Shown: positions 1-64,000, numbered from the stretch's first letter. The stretch: DNA of 64,000 nt from Rhynchobatus australiae (GCA_034780895.1 JAUZTB010000064.1:119353215-119417214); one strand, 5' to 3'. The notes: generated by a model not told the origin, from the sequence alone. Translations and numbers: made by a program.

Positions 1-384
1 AGGACAGCCACGGAAAATTAACAGTTTCAAGGCTTGTGTTTTATATAATAAAGCATTTAAATGGACCATGAAATTATAGGTAGTTTAGCAGCAGTAATTA
101 GACCAGTTGACAGCTTAGTAATATCGAGGCTATGCTTTGTTAGAAAAGATCACCTGAGGATTAAAAGTACATAGGATTGAGTTGCTTAAGGTCTCTAATG
201 TGCAAAAAATCTGTGTTTGACCGATGTGGGTGTAAAGAACTAGTCTGAAAGAATTCCATTTCTTCGCAAACTGATAACCTCAGCATCGCAGGAATTAAAA
301 TCTCTTCTTGACTTGACAACACAGGAGCACGGTCCCTGAGTGAGTAGCCTGATTTGCTAATTTTATTCTGTACTTCTCTTGCAG

Positions 385-503
385 CCGTGAAAGTGATCTC
401 TCAACCATCATTTCCAACTTGCATCAGAGCAGACAGCTCGTTATGCCAGAGAGTCGGAATGAGATAAAGAGAAACGGTGTTGACTTGCTCCCGGGACAGG
501 CAG
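385..503 (+). other. ELF2: Candidate non-coding 5'UTR exon of ELF2 (119 nt)
   Basis: Polypyrimidine tract and acceptor ttctgtacttctcttgcag ending at 384; perfect donor CAG|gtaagt at 504; non-repetitive sequence upstream of the ATG exon. No transcript evidence. Confidence 0.6.
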
Positions 504-698
504 GTAAGTTTGCAAAACGTCACAGTTGCCGGTTGATTCTGGTCTTGAGTGTCCATGGCAACGGGAGGCTTTGTAAATGAATGGTTGTCGGTTTAAAGAT
601 GAGGAACCTTGTGAGAATTTTGTGCATCTTCAGCCCTCCGTTCCTCAGGACACAAACAGCAGGACACAAATTTCTTTTACTTCTGCTGCCCTTACTGA

Positions 699-1060
699 AA
701 ATTGGTTTATTACTGTCACGTACCGAGGTACAGCGGAAATCTTTGTTATGCATGCTGTCCATACGGATCATTTCATCCCATCAGTGCGTTGAGGTAGTAC
801 AAGGGAAAACAATAACAGAATGCAGAATAAAGTGTTACAGTTACAGAGAAAGTGCAGTGCAGGCAGACAATAAGGTGCAAGGCCATAACGAGGTAGATTG
901 TGAGGTCCAGAGTCCATCTTATACTAGGGGACCGTTCAATAGTCTTATAACAGCGGGATAGAAGCTGTCCTTGAGCCTGGTTGTACGTGCTTTCAGGTTT
1001 TTGTATCTTCTAGCTATTGGGAAGGTGGAGAAGAGAGAATGTCCGGGGTGGGTGGGGTCA
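699..1060 (-). mobile_element. Rex1/Babar-like LINE 3' fragment
   Basis: Starts ttggtttattactgtcacgtaccgaggtacag; aligns over about 280 bp with the copy at 37725-38007. Clade assignment is from recall of the 3' end. Confidence 0.6.
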
Positions 1061-1247
1061 CCTTCTTGATGTGTGAGAGCTACTGGTGCACATTAGCTGT
1101 TTGCTCAGCTTTGGAGTGAGGCCTTAGGGAAGGAGGGGATATTTAATAGCTGAGCCTAATGTCACATGTGTACACAACACACATGCAAGGGTGCAGATAT
1201 ACTCTGATGTGTGCATGTACATGGATGTGCATAACACACAAAATGCA

Positions 1248-1372
1248 TGCATTGGTATTGTTTTATTATTGTCACTTGTACCAAGGTACAGTGGAAAAAC
1301 TTGTCTTGTGTACCGTTTGTACAGATCATTGTACAGATCACAGTGCACTGAGGTAGTGCAGGGTAAAATGAA
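1248..1372 (-). mobile_element. Short 3' fragment of the same Rex1-like LINE
   Basis: tttattattgtcacttgtaccaaggtacagtgg...gaggtagtgcaggg matches 699-815. Confidence 0.55.
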
Positions 1373-1885
1373 CAATTGGGAGGATATTCATAGACTTTAG
1401 GGAGATAAAGCCAGGCTGGTGAATGGGCAGACAGGTGGCAAATGAAAGTTAATGCTGAGAGACATGAGGTGTTACATTTGGTAGGAGAACTGAAGAGAGG
1501 CAATGAGAGGGCCTTGTTCCATGGGGGGGGGGGGGTACAAGAGAGATCTGTGGGCGTGTGAACCTAATTCATCGTAAATTGCAGGACAGGTTAAGGAAGT
1601 GATTAATAAAACAAATGGAATCCTGGACCTCATAAATAGAGGCAGAGTGTACAGGAGCGGAGAAATCACGATGAACCTTCACAAAATACCGGTTTGGCCA
1701 CAGCTACAGTCAGGGGAGCAGTACAGACAGATTCAATTGTGGAGTTTAAAAGGAGATAGTTAAATAGGAAAGGACTTGTACGGTCGGGGGAGTGGCATCA
1801 GCTGGATTGGTCTTGTAATGAGCTAGTGTCAACCAGATGGGTCGAATGGTCTCCTTGCGTGCTACACCACTCTATGATACTATGA
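1373..1885 (+). mobile_element. CR1 LINE 3' fragment with internal deletion
   Basis: Decayed RT C-terminal segment (W..W.MK.NAE...V.H.G-like) and a typical tail gatgggtcgaatggtctcc...ctatgatactatga. Confidence 0.7.
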
Positions 1886-2024
1886 TGTGGAATAACTGGC
1901 ATAAAATAAAAAAGAAATCAGGCATTGCATCTCCTATTCTGTGGGAGGAAGTCATTCTCGGCCCTAATAAACTGCCTCAGAAGTAAGAAAGAAGGCACAT
2001 ACTAGGCCTCTTTCAGTAACCAAG

Positions 2025-2026
<2 letters not shown>

Positions 2027-2058
<32 letters not shown>
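2027..2058. repeat. (GT)16 microsatellite
   Basis: Read directly from the sequence. Confidence 0.95.
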
Positions 2059-2059
<1 letters not shown>

Positions 2060-2319
2060 CAACGTTTTCAATGACACATTATTTCTTATACAGTATAAGT
2101 ACAGTAATGAAAACTACTAAGAACTCCTCTTAAAACAAAATGTAAAGCTGTGTAAACTGTTCTGTGACATATTTGCCATTCAGCATTGATAATCCTGCAG
2201 CGTACCTGGACTGTAATCTTTTTGAAACCATCCCTTGTTTGGATTGGATTGGGTCGGCTCTCTTCGAAGCACTTTTAGCTGCGGGTTAGAAAGTGGGTGT
2301 GTTCCCAACCTCGGCCTAT

Positions 2320-2464
2320 AAGTGGTGCTGATGTGGGAGTGCAGCACGGCCAGAGGCGCTGCCTTTCAAGCAGGGGTTAAATCCAGGTTCCTCCCATCTC
2401 TTGGGTGAAGGTAACAGGTTCCATGTCAGAAGTGGATGAGAAACAAGATGTTTCGCATGGGGCA
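2320..2464 (+). mobile_element. Deu-domain SINE relic (SacSINE1/AmnSINE1-like)
   Basis: gggagtgcagcacggccagaggcgctgcctttcaagcaggggttaaatccagg...gggtgaaggtaacaggttccatg resembles the Deu core as I recall it. Confidence 0.5.
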
Positions 2465-2700
2465 ATAAACATTCTGCTGGAGGAACTCAGCGGGTCGAGC
2501 AGTTGTGGGGATGGGGGGGAAGGAATTGTCGACGTTTCGGGTTGGAAGGTATCAAGGGTTATGGGGATAAGGCAGGAAATTGGGGTTAAATTTCTTTCTC
2601 TCTTCCCCCCCCACCCCCACCGCCACTTCTCCCTCTCATTTCCATTTCCATGGAGCAGGCTCGATGGGCCGAATGGCCGCCTTCTGCTCCCTTATCTTGT
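2465..2700. mobile_element. Penelope-type terminal fragment (2465-2545) joined to a CR1 3' tail (2546-2700)
   Basis: tgctggaggaactcagcgggtcgagcag...gtcgacgtttcggg is shared with 8460, 47185 and 59420; then gagcaggctcgatgggccgaatggcc...tatcttgtg, a CR1 tail. Confidence 0.6.
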
Positions 2701-2804
2701 GAAGTTTATTAGTTCCTTATTGCATCCAAAAATTAGGAGCATGACAAAATCCAAAAATTAGAACATCTTTGACCTAAATCCCTTGATTAATCCCTTGATT
2801 GAAC

Positions 2805-4165
2805 TTTCAGAATCTCTTCCAGGACAGAGGTGACCTGTACAAGAGGGATGGGCTGCATTTGAACTGGAGGGGGACCAATATTCTTGCGAGGAGTTTTGCT
2901 AGTTTAAATTAGACTGGCAGGGAGTGGAACCCAAAGTGGTAGTGTAACAGATGAAAAAGTTAAAGCAAATGTAGATGTTAAAGAAAGTTCAGTAGGCAGG
3001 ACAGGGAAGGTGCAAGGTCCAATAAACTGCATTTACTTTAATGTAAGAAACCTCACAAGTAAGGCAGATGAACTCAGAGCATGGATTGGCATGTGATTGT
3101 GATATTATAACTGTTATGGAAACATGGTTGAATGATGGGAAAAATTGGCAGCTCAATGTTTTGGGGGTATCGATGCTTTCAGTGCGAGAGAGGTAGAGGT
3201 AAGAAAGGAGAGGGAGTTGTGCTATTGACCAGGAAGAATATCACGGCAGTACTTAATATCCCAGGCGAATGTCCAGTGAGATCATATGGATAGAACAGAA
3301 ATAAAAACAAGGGGTGATCACTTTGATGGTTTTAGTCTATAGGCACCCCAAAAGTCAGTGGGAATTAGAGGACCAAATATGTAGGGAAATAACACGTAGC
3401 TGTAGGAATAACAGGGCTGTAAAAATAAGTGAATTTAACTTCCCTAATATTAACTGGGACTGCCTTAGAGCTAAAATATTAGATGGGCCAGAATTCATTA
3501 AGCGTGTCCAGGAAATTGGCAGATAAGGTAAATGAAAATCCTACAAGACCCTATTAAGAGAAAAAGGGTATCTAGGGAAAACATAGGTCCCCTCGAGGAT
3601 CAATGTAGTAATTTATGTGTGGAGCCACAGGAAATGGGCGATATGTTAAATGAATACTTCTTGTCTGTGTTTACTATGGAGAAGGACATGGAAGCTAATG
3701 AGTTCAAGACAGGCAGAGATAGCTTGGAGTATATGAACATTATAAAGGTGGTGGTGTAGGACTGCCTGAAATTCACAAAGGTGGATAAATCCCCAGAGCC
3801 TGACCAAACATATCCAAGGGAGATTGCTGGGGCCTTGGCAGATATTTTTGTATCTCTGTTAGCCATAGGTGGTACCAGAAAACTGAAGGAAAGCAAATGT
3901 GTCTTTATTTCAGAAGTGTAGCAGGGATAAGCCAGGGTACTATGGGCCAGTGAGCCTTGCATCAGTGGTGGGAAAATAATTGAAACAGATTCTGAGTGAC
4001 AGGATTTATTTGCAATTGGAAAGGCAAGGACTGATTAGGGATAGTTAGCATGGGTTTGTGCATGGGCTTTGTGAAACATAAATCACATTTCACAAATTTG
4101 AATTAGTTTTTTTTGAAGAGGTGACCAAGAGGACTGACGAATGTAGCGCAGTAGATGTTGTGGCT
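2805..4165 (+). mobile_element. CR1 LINE fragment: end of ORF1, ORF2 endonuclease and start of RT, with deletions
   Basis: DLYKRDGLHLNWRGTNILA (ORF1 esterase-like), CIYFNVRNLTSKADELRAWI, EFNFPNINWD, EMGDMLNEYFLSVFT. Confidence 0.85.
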
Positions 4166-5689
4166 TAAATCTATTTAAACATGTTCTTCACTATAGCTCT
4201 CTTAGCCTAGGAATAATAATCTTACTGAATAAACAAAATCATAACTTATCAACTGAATAGTTGACCAACTTGCCAAATTGGTCCAGCCTGTTTGCTGAAC
4301 CAAAACATGCTCTCTCAGCCTATGGGCGCATATTACATCACTCACAGTTAATGAAAGCACAGTACATAATATTATACTCAGCTGATGAGAACAATGTATG
4401 TAAATTGATGCTGATACAATGAGTGCATGATACATTATTGTTGCTTGGTCAATGAATATTCAGCAACATATTTTGTGAAGTTAATACCATTCAGACTATT
4501 TAAATTGGAGGCAGAAGAGAAGGGCAAAGTCTTTCTACCTTCCAGTCAGTACTTCACAGCACTTGCTTTGGTCTGCACAATCAATCCATGTCAAGCACAG
4601 TACCAATTACAATCGAAACTTTAGTGCTCTCCCCCCTCCCCGATCTAAGTGACAAAGTCAGAGCTGAGAGAAGAATAGACTGAGAGACAGTTAAAAACCA
4701 CAAAAAAAATTAACTTAAGCATGAAGAATGACAATCAGGGGAGAGTGGGGCAAAGAAAAAGAGGTGAAGATAACCAAAACGTACAAAGATACAAGCTTTT
4801 CAGTGAACTGGTAATTGTTGCTCAGACAGTGAGAACACAATAACATATTTCGTTGTTTACACCACAGGTTCACATGGTGCAGTGCCTGTAGCTTTATGAA
4901 TGAACGCTTTTTACAGCAATGCCTGGAAGAAGGTCAGCAAGTGATAGTGTGGGTCATTTGTCAAATAGTTTGTGGAAAAACATCACTTTAAATATGAAAC
5001 TGCAAGACTTGGAACAACACCACCTTCATGTGGAGGCCAATGGCACTGAAACAATGGAGACTCCAATTGAAGAGAAGCAGCTAACATTAAAGAATATTCT
5101 ATTTAAAAAAAAGTCAGTGTGTGCTGCAGAATCAGTAGAAAGAAAGCATTGCAAGTTGATTACAAACTCCATGAAATTGAAGGCATGACATGGATGGTTC
5201 AGAAATGTGAATAAAGAGCATTCCTATTCACCCTGTTCATTTAGGTGCAATGCCTAAGAACCAAGACAAAAGTATCTTCAGGAGTTGCCACGAACTGTAT
5301 TAGCAAGTTGAAGGTCTAAAGAATTGGCAGGGCAAATTAATTGGTATTGCGTTGTAACCCACTTGGATATTATTTTGAAATGATTGCCAAGGCCAGCTTG
5401 TTGAAGGCCAAATCAATAAAAACAGCTTCTATTAAAAAGTCTGTTTTGGTTGCCATCATATCCTCATTATGGCATTAAATAATTAATAAATTAGGTAAAC
5501 TATACGCCAAAATGGAGGTTTCAGCTTGCCACAGTTAGAGACAATGAAACCATTAAAGAAAACTTGGGAAAGAAAGATGCTTTCGAACAACTATGAGAAC
5601 AGGTCAGAGGCAGATTCTGCAATGAGCAACTCACTTCCTGACACCCCAAGATCTTCCCATTATCTACAAGGTGCCAATCTAGTGTCACA

Positions 5690-5880
5690 AGATATTCTCC
5701 ACTTGCCTGGATGAGTGCAGCTCCAAAACAATCAAGTTTTTGACGCTAAGACAAAGTAATCCATTTGACCAGTATTTTATCTGCATACTACACAATTATT
5801 CCCTCCACCAGCAACATGCACAGCTTGTGGTGTGTACCATTTAAACAGCATTCTGCAGTTATTCCCATAAATCACTCCAC
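5690..5880 (+). mobile_element. Old non-LTR retroelement fragment (L2/Jockey-group-like, clade uncertain)
   Basis: tattctccacttgcctggatgagtgcagctcca (YSPLAWMSAAP) is shared with 45280-45310. Confidence 0.55.
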
Positions 5881-6389
5881 CGAAAGTTAATACAATTGAA
5901 GTTAATAACCTTCTATATAACAAGCTGTGTTGGTTCTTTCTAACAATATGTGCAATTACATTTGAATGAAATTTCAGACTGTTTTCAATGGATCAGATGT
6001 GTGAAGATATAATTTTTTTGCTATTAGATCTTGCAGAAAGTGCAAGGGTTAAAGGGACAATGTTGTTTCAGTAACTAACCATCAGAACAAAAGTCTTTTC
6101 AGGAAATTGGGAGCATTTTCTTCATTGTGGTTGAAAAAAAACACCCTTAAGTAAAGAAATTCTGATATCAAAAAGGAAAGTAAATATCCCCATGGAAACA
6201 GCCGAGGTATTATATAAATGTAAATGCCACGATAAGCAGTAGTATCCTTTTTTGTCCTATTGCACACAATAAATAACAATTGGAAAATTGTATTTTGCAG
6301 ACTAAAGCTGCAATGCATATTCAAAAGTTAGGAGTAAAAGGTTTATTTAAAAGTACTTCTGGTATAAATCTTACAAATAGTAATGCAAA

Positions 6390-6648
6390 CAGCATGGTAG
6401 CGTAGCGGTTAGCGTAACGCTATTACAGCACCAGCAACCTGGGTTCGATTCCCATCGCTGTCTGTAAGGAGTTTGTACGTTCTCCCATGTCTGCGTGGGT
6501 TTCCTCCAGGTGCTCCGGTTTCCTCCCACATTCCAAAAATGTACGGGTGGGTTAACATGGGTTTAAAAAAAAATGGGCAGTGTGGAGTCATTGGGATAGA
6601 AGGGCCTGTTACCTCGCTGTAAATAAAATTAAAAAAAAAATTTAAATT
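6390..6648 (+). mobile_element. tRNA-derived V-domain SINE with CR1-type tail
   Basis: A box tagcgtagcgg (6398), B box ggttcgattcc (6442), V domain gagtttgtacgttctcccatgtctgcgtgggtttcctcc, tail ggagtcattgggatagaagggcctgttacctcgctgt plus an A-rich end. Confidence 0.85.
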
Positions 6649-7610
6649 TAAAAAGTTGCTGGTTATTTTTGCTTTCTTGGATGATTCTTGGGTCATGAAT
6701 GGTTTTGTTAAAAGACCTGGATTACTGAACTAGGGAATTTGCTTGAGCATGCTGTCCTGAACTTGAGGCACTGAATATGGGAGCTAAATACAGCAAACGT
6801 TTTGCTGAGACAGGAGCATCCAAGGCGAAGAGAGTGCTTCAGCTGCAGTCAAAGGATAAACAGTTGTGTGCTTTGAAAATGCAGTTAAAGGAGTTTATGC
6901 TGGCTGGGCAGAGAAGGAAGTGGGTCAGAGGAGCTGGGGGGTGGGGAATACAGGGAAGTCGCCTTGACTGTTGTTGAGAAGAGGAGGGGCATTCTGAAGG
7001 GAAATTCAGAATGTGATGGTAATTGCTGCTCTCTTGACAAAGTGGGACAGAAAGGAGCTCTGTCGGTGGGTGTCAGGGGAAGGATTGAGGAGCAGGAGGA
7101 GTTGGCATGATTAGCCAACAGGAAAGGAAGGAGACAGGAGAGAATGGCCCAGGAGGGTTTTAAGAAACGAATAGGCTGTGGTCTTAAATGAAAGCCCATA
7201 TCTGCATATGAATTGACACCGAGGAAATTTGAGCCAGAGGCTCATGAACAAGGTTGGGAACTTGTGTCCTGATAGTAAAACAGCACAAGCAACGGAAGGA
7301 AGACGTGGCTCACAACTACCCAACTGCCTGTCCCATCCAGGTGTCATGGAAGAATACAAGGTTCCCACATTGGCCTCGGCAGTCACCTCAGAACATCCCA
7401 ACCCAGATGCACCAAGTTGTCCTCAATCTCAAGGGACTATAACTAAGAATAATTAGGGAGGAGATTATTTGAAAGAGCCCAGAGTTAAAACATGACTTGA
7501 TGTGGGATGAAACCAAATTGCAGAAAAGGTGGTATCGGCTTGGATCCTTGAAGAACCTAGTGAAGAGAAACTTCAGAAAGCCAGTGCATCCATAAGCTCT
7601 TTGAAGGATA

Positions 7611-7908
7611 GGGCAGGCATGGTAGTGTAGTGGTTAGTGTAACGCTATTACAGCGCTGGCGACCTGGGTTCAATTCTGACCACTGTCTGTAAGGAGTTTG
7701 TACGTTCTCCCAGTGTCTGCGTGGGTTTCCTCTTGGTGCTCTGGTTTCCTCCCACATTCCAAAGATGTATGGGTTAGGAAGTTGTGGGCATGCTATGTTG
7801 GCATCAGAAGCATGGCGACACTTGTGGGCTGCCCCCAGAACACTCTACGCAAAAGATGCATTTCACTGTGTTTTGATGTGCATATGACTAATAAAGAAAT
7901 CTCATCTT
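7611..7908 (+). mobile_element. tRNA-derived V-domain SINE with Rex1-like tail (full length)
   Basis: Same head and V domain as 6390; tail catttcactgtgttttgatgtgcatatgactaataaagaaatct; five further copies in the window. Confidence 0.88.
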
Positions 7909-8419
7909 GTCTGAGGAGCAACTGTTGGGGTTCATCCTGTTTAAAATAAGGGACCTGAGAGGATGTTGAGCATAAGTCAGCAATGTATTGCCGATGTTTT
8001 TAAATGTCAAAGGGTTTGTTCTTGAATTTTTTGGTTAGGATGTTGGTAGTGGAGGCAGTCAGCTGGTTTCCAATAATTGTTGTTCAATCATTGGAATGTC
8101 ACTGTCAGTTTATGGACAATTTGATTCCTCCTGTAATTATGTTTATCTGCTTTTAACTACATCCCTTTCTAATTTTAAATGGGCATTGTTGGGGCTAGGG
8201 TTTCAAAGTGGTCTCAAGTAAAATTCACTGTGACTGAGCAGGAATGGGTGCAGCAATTCCTGCATTTTTAGATTCTTTTTTTAAAAAAAAGCCCACAGTT
8301 TAAAATTTATATTACATTCAATACTTGAAGGCAGCAGTGAATGTTGGATTATTTCTCGAATTATCACAGTTGGGGCACATGATTTCAACCCTGCATCAAG
8401 ATTTAATTTCACTTTTAGA

Positions 8420-8610
8420 GAAATAAAGGACTGCAGATGCTGGAATCTAAATGAAAAACACGATGCTGGAGGAACTCAGCAGGCTGGGCAGTATCCATGG
8501 AGGAAAGTAGGTGGTCAATGTTTTGGGTCAGGACCCTTCCTCAGGACGTCGACTGCCTGCTTTTCTCCACGGATGCTGCCTGGCTTGCTGAGTTCCTCCA
8601 GCATCATAGT
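8420..8610. mobile_element. Penelope-like inverted terminal fragment (fold-back)
   Basis: gatgctggaggaactcagca (8462) pairs with tgctgagttcctccagcatc (8587); contains a hammerhead-like motif on the - strand. Confidence 0.65.
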
Positions 8611-9688
8611 AAATTTCCCTCTTTCTGTGTAAAGTTTCCAATTAAGGTGGCTAACAATTGCCTGTAGTGTTCTGCTATGTGCTATAACCTTTCATATTGC
8701 TTTAGTTTTTGATCTGCAATCAAGAAACTCTGACATTTATCATTTGCCACTTGTCACATCAAGTGTAAATGCTACAGGTAAGCCCAGAGGTGGTCAAGCC
8801 AGTGTTACATGTACAGTGAGGGCAATACTGGTTGTGTTGGTAGGATTGCTGAATAGAATTCAACTATGCAAAAGAAAAAATTGAACTTTGTCTCCTTGAC
8901 CCTTTTTATGGTACTTCTGTGATCACAAAGCAAGAAAAAAAGTACACATAGCTAATAGGGCTTCTTGTGAAATTATTTTAAGGACTTTTTTTTAAAGAAA
9001 CCATGAAAATAGTAGTCTCAAGTTTTATGGAAAATAGCCTGAAGTTTGTGTTAAATGAACATGTGGCACAACTCTTGTCAGCTACCTGATCCCAGGTAAG
9101 GTGTTGCTACATCAATGCAGAGTTTAGTTGATCTTGCTGTGACCTGCTCACTGGCGCCCTCTGTTGCTCTTCATTTTTAAAGAGAGGCTGTTTCTGAATC
9201 CTTAGCATGAAGTTTCAACAAGTCTAATTCATTGATGTGCAGGTAAGGCTTGGGTTGGAAAGGGTCCAGCTATGGGTGTTTCCAGGCTAGTTAAGCCAAG
9301 TGGCAAATTACAAAAAATCTGAAATGAAGTTTATTTTGGTTTTATCTTTCTCTGCATTAAAAACCCATAAATTTACCTGCTTTTCTTTCCCTTTTTGCAG
9401 GTACACTAACCTCTTACAGAAGCAACGTTTTACTGGAATGACATTTACCTCAAGTCATAAACGGAAGAAGTGGAGCCAGAAAGGATACATGCCCCAGGGG
9501 GACTTAATCCTGTGATGCACCATTTTTATTGTGTTATGTTTTGAACAACACCTCTCTTAAGTGCTGTGTGGTTCTGCATGTCCCTGAAAGGAAAGGGTCA
9601 TTTTGATTTCGGGACGGGCTCAGTGCAGCCTTCTGATGTGAGAGGAAGGTTTGTTCCCAGTTGCTCTTGAAGTCCCAGGGAATGTGCT

Positions 9689-62794
<53,106 letters not shown>

Positions 62795-63074
62795 TAAAGG
62801 CCATCTCAAATTAATAATTTGTGAGCTCTTATTATTGTATGTGGAGCTTTTTAATCAGAATTCCCTGTTTCATTAAAACAAATGGACAAAGTGAAGAATG
62901 ATTTAGTCTTTTGATTTGACTTGCAGGTAATTCTAAAGGTGGCGTTTCTGTCATGAGCTTTACCGATGAGTGAGTGCAGAAGGAATGAGAAGACGGGGCT
63001 GGTACATGCCAGGAATGTGATTGCCATCTGCTGGCCTGGCACACTGTTAAGGGAGCAGTGGTCAGCGGAGTAGT

Positions 63075-63365
63075 GTGGGGGGTGGATTCTCGGGCTGGAG
63101 AGCAAAGCAGGGTGTGGGTGGAGGAGCGCTGAGGGGTGGGGTCGCCCAGCACATGTAATTGGCCAAGGGATTCAAGAGGATGGGTGGTGGGTAAAGGTGG
63201 AAGGAGGGGCGTGAGGAGTTGCCTTGGGGGGGGGGGGTGGGGAGAGATTTGAGGGTTGGGGTGAAAGACATCAGAGAAGGGTGGTTGGGGGGGTGGAAGG
63301 TTGGAAGTGTGGTTTGGGGGGGGGTTGGACATGGGGAAATTAGGGAGGAGGTGGGTGAGGGCATT
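63075..63365 (+). repeat. G-rich low-complexity tract with G-quadruplex potential
   Basis: More than 15 runs of three or more G, including runs of 10 or more. Confidence 0.75.
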
Positions 63366-63594
63366 GTGCTGGAGTTTGTGTGTGTGTTCATTGGTACACG
63401 TGTGAATGACCTGAGGTGCTCCTTTGCACATGTCCACTGATGTGCCAGTGCTAGAATGCCTGGTCGTTAACTGTCGAACGTAGATGGAAGCATACACAGT
63501 CATTTTGGAACACTTTGCCATTGGCTTAGGANNNNNNNNNNNNNNNNNNNNAGCTGATGTACAGCATCTATCCCACTTTAGAATCTGTACTCTG

Positions 63595-64000
63595 CTCTTT
63601 GAGTTTGGATCTAGAAAGCCAGGAACCCTGTGGATACCCCCAACAGTGACAGACCTGAATATTGTTTGGCTATCATAGGCCAGGGATTCAGATGCTTTGA
63701 CATTAAGGTGGCTGCCTTGAGTGAGGCAGAATGGGCAGGAGATGGGCAGTTTAAAGGACAAAGTAATGGGGGCATCTTCATCTGGAAAGGAAAACTGGAA
63801 AGGAACACTGCTTCATACACTGAACTTTGCCATGCTTTGAATGAGGTTGCCTGGCATCTCATCAACTCCCCCTTGGGGAATAATGAATATCTCATGACCC
63901 TCTGGCTCACCTGAACATGAAACTTGAACACAACAGTCATCATCAAATACGCCCCAACCCTGCAAGGTATGGACGTGGCCAAGGAAGACTTCTACTCCAA
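63595..64000 (+). mobile_element. RTE-clade LINE, decayed APE endonuclease N-terminus, running off the window
   Basis: RTLWIP/DTPNSDRPE...FDIKVAALSEAEWAGDGQFK...FIWKGK...NEYLMTLWLT, then TVIIKYAPTLQGMDVAKEDFYS. Confidence 0.8.

Noticed and set aside
4919-5188. 89-aa ORF, possibly a DNA-transposon relic
   Set aside because: No recognisable domain or terminal repeats; cannot be supported by eye.
6390-6460. tRNA gene suggested by A and B boxes
   Set aside because: No complete cloverleaf, and it continues into the V domain: a SINE head.
62832-63761. 309-aa proline-rich ORF on the - strand
   Set aside because: It is the reverse of the G-rich tract plus an RTE fragment and an N gap; low complexity, with no splice or homology support.

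Overview
Vertebrate nuclear DNA from a gappy draft assembly. The repeat content (V-domain/HE1-type SINEs, Deu-domain SINE relics, CR1, Penelope, Rex1-like and RTE elements) points to a cartilaginous fish. The window covers the 5' two-thirds of the ETS transcription factor gene ELF2 (NERF) on the + strand. There is a candidate non-coding exon (385-503) and six coding exons (9689-9766, 16798-16963, 39971-40084, 56052-56225, 57954-58040, 62601-62793). These splice in frame (812 nt) from MTSAVVD... to the first half of the ETS domain; the gene continues past the window. The 23-kb intron holds a CpG-rich, ETS-site-rich internal promoter (about 30.5-32.5 kb) where the NERF-1-type alternative first exon is expected; its coding part probably falls in an N gap. 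Most other ORFs in the track are transposon fragments, N-run artefacts or chance. I found no clearly new biological system. The best leads are a frame-preserving 27-nt microexon candidate, the 36-nt alternative acceptor, a uORF-rich leader, inverted SINEs that could drive an ATG-containing circRNA, one SINE head carrying two different LINE tails, and degenerate hammerhead-like motifs in Penelope relics. Repeat boundaries and family names are by eye and approximate.
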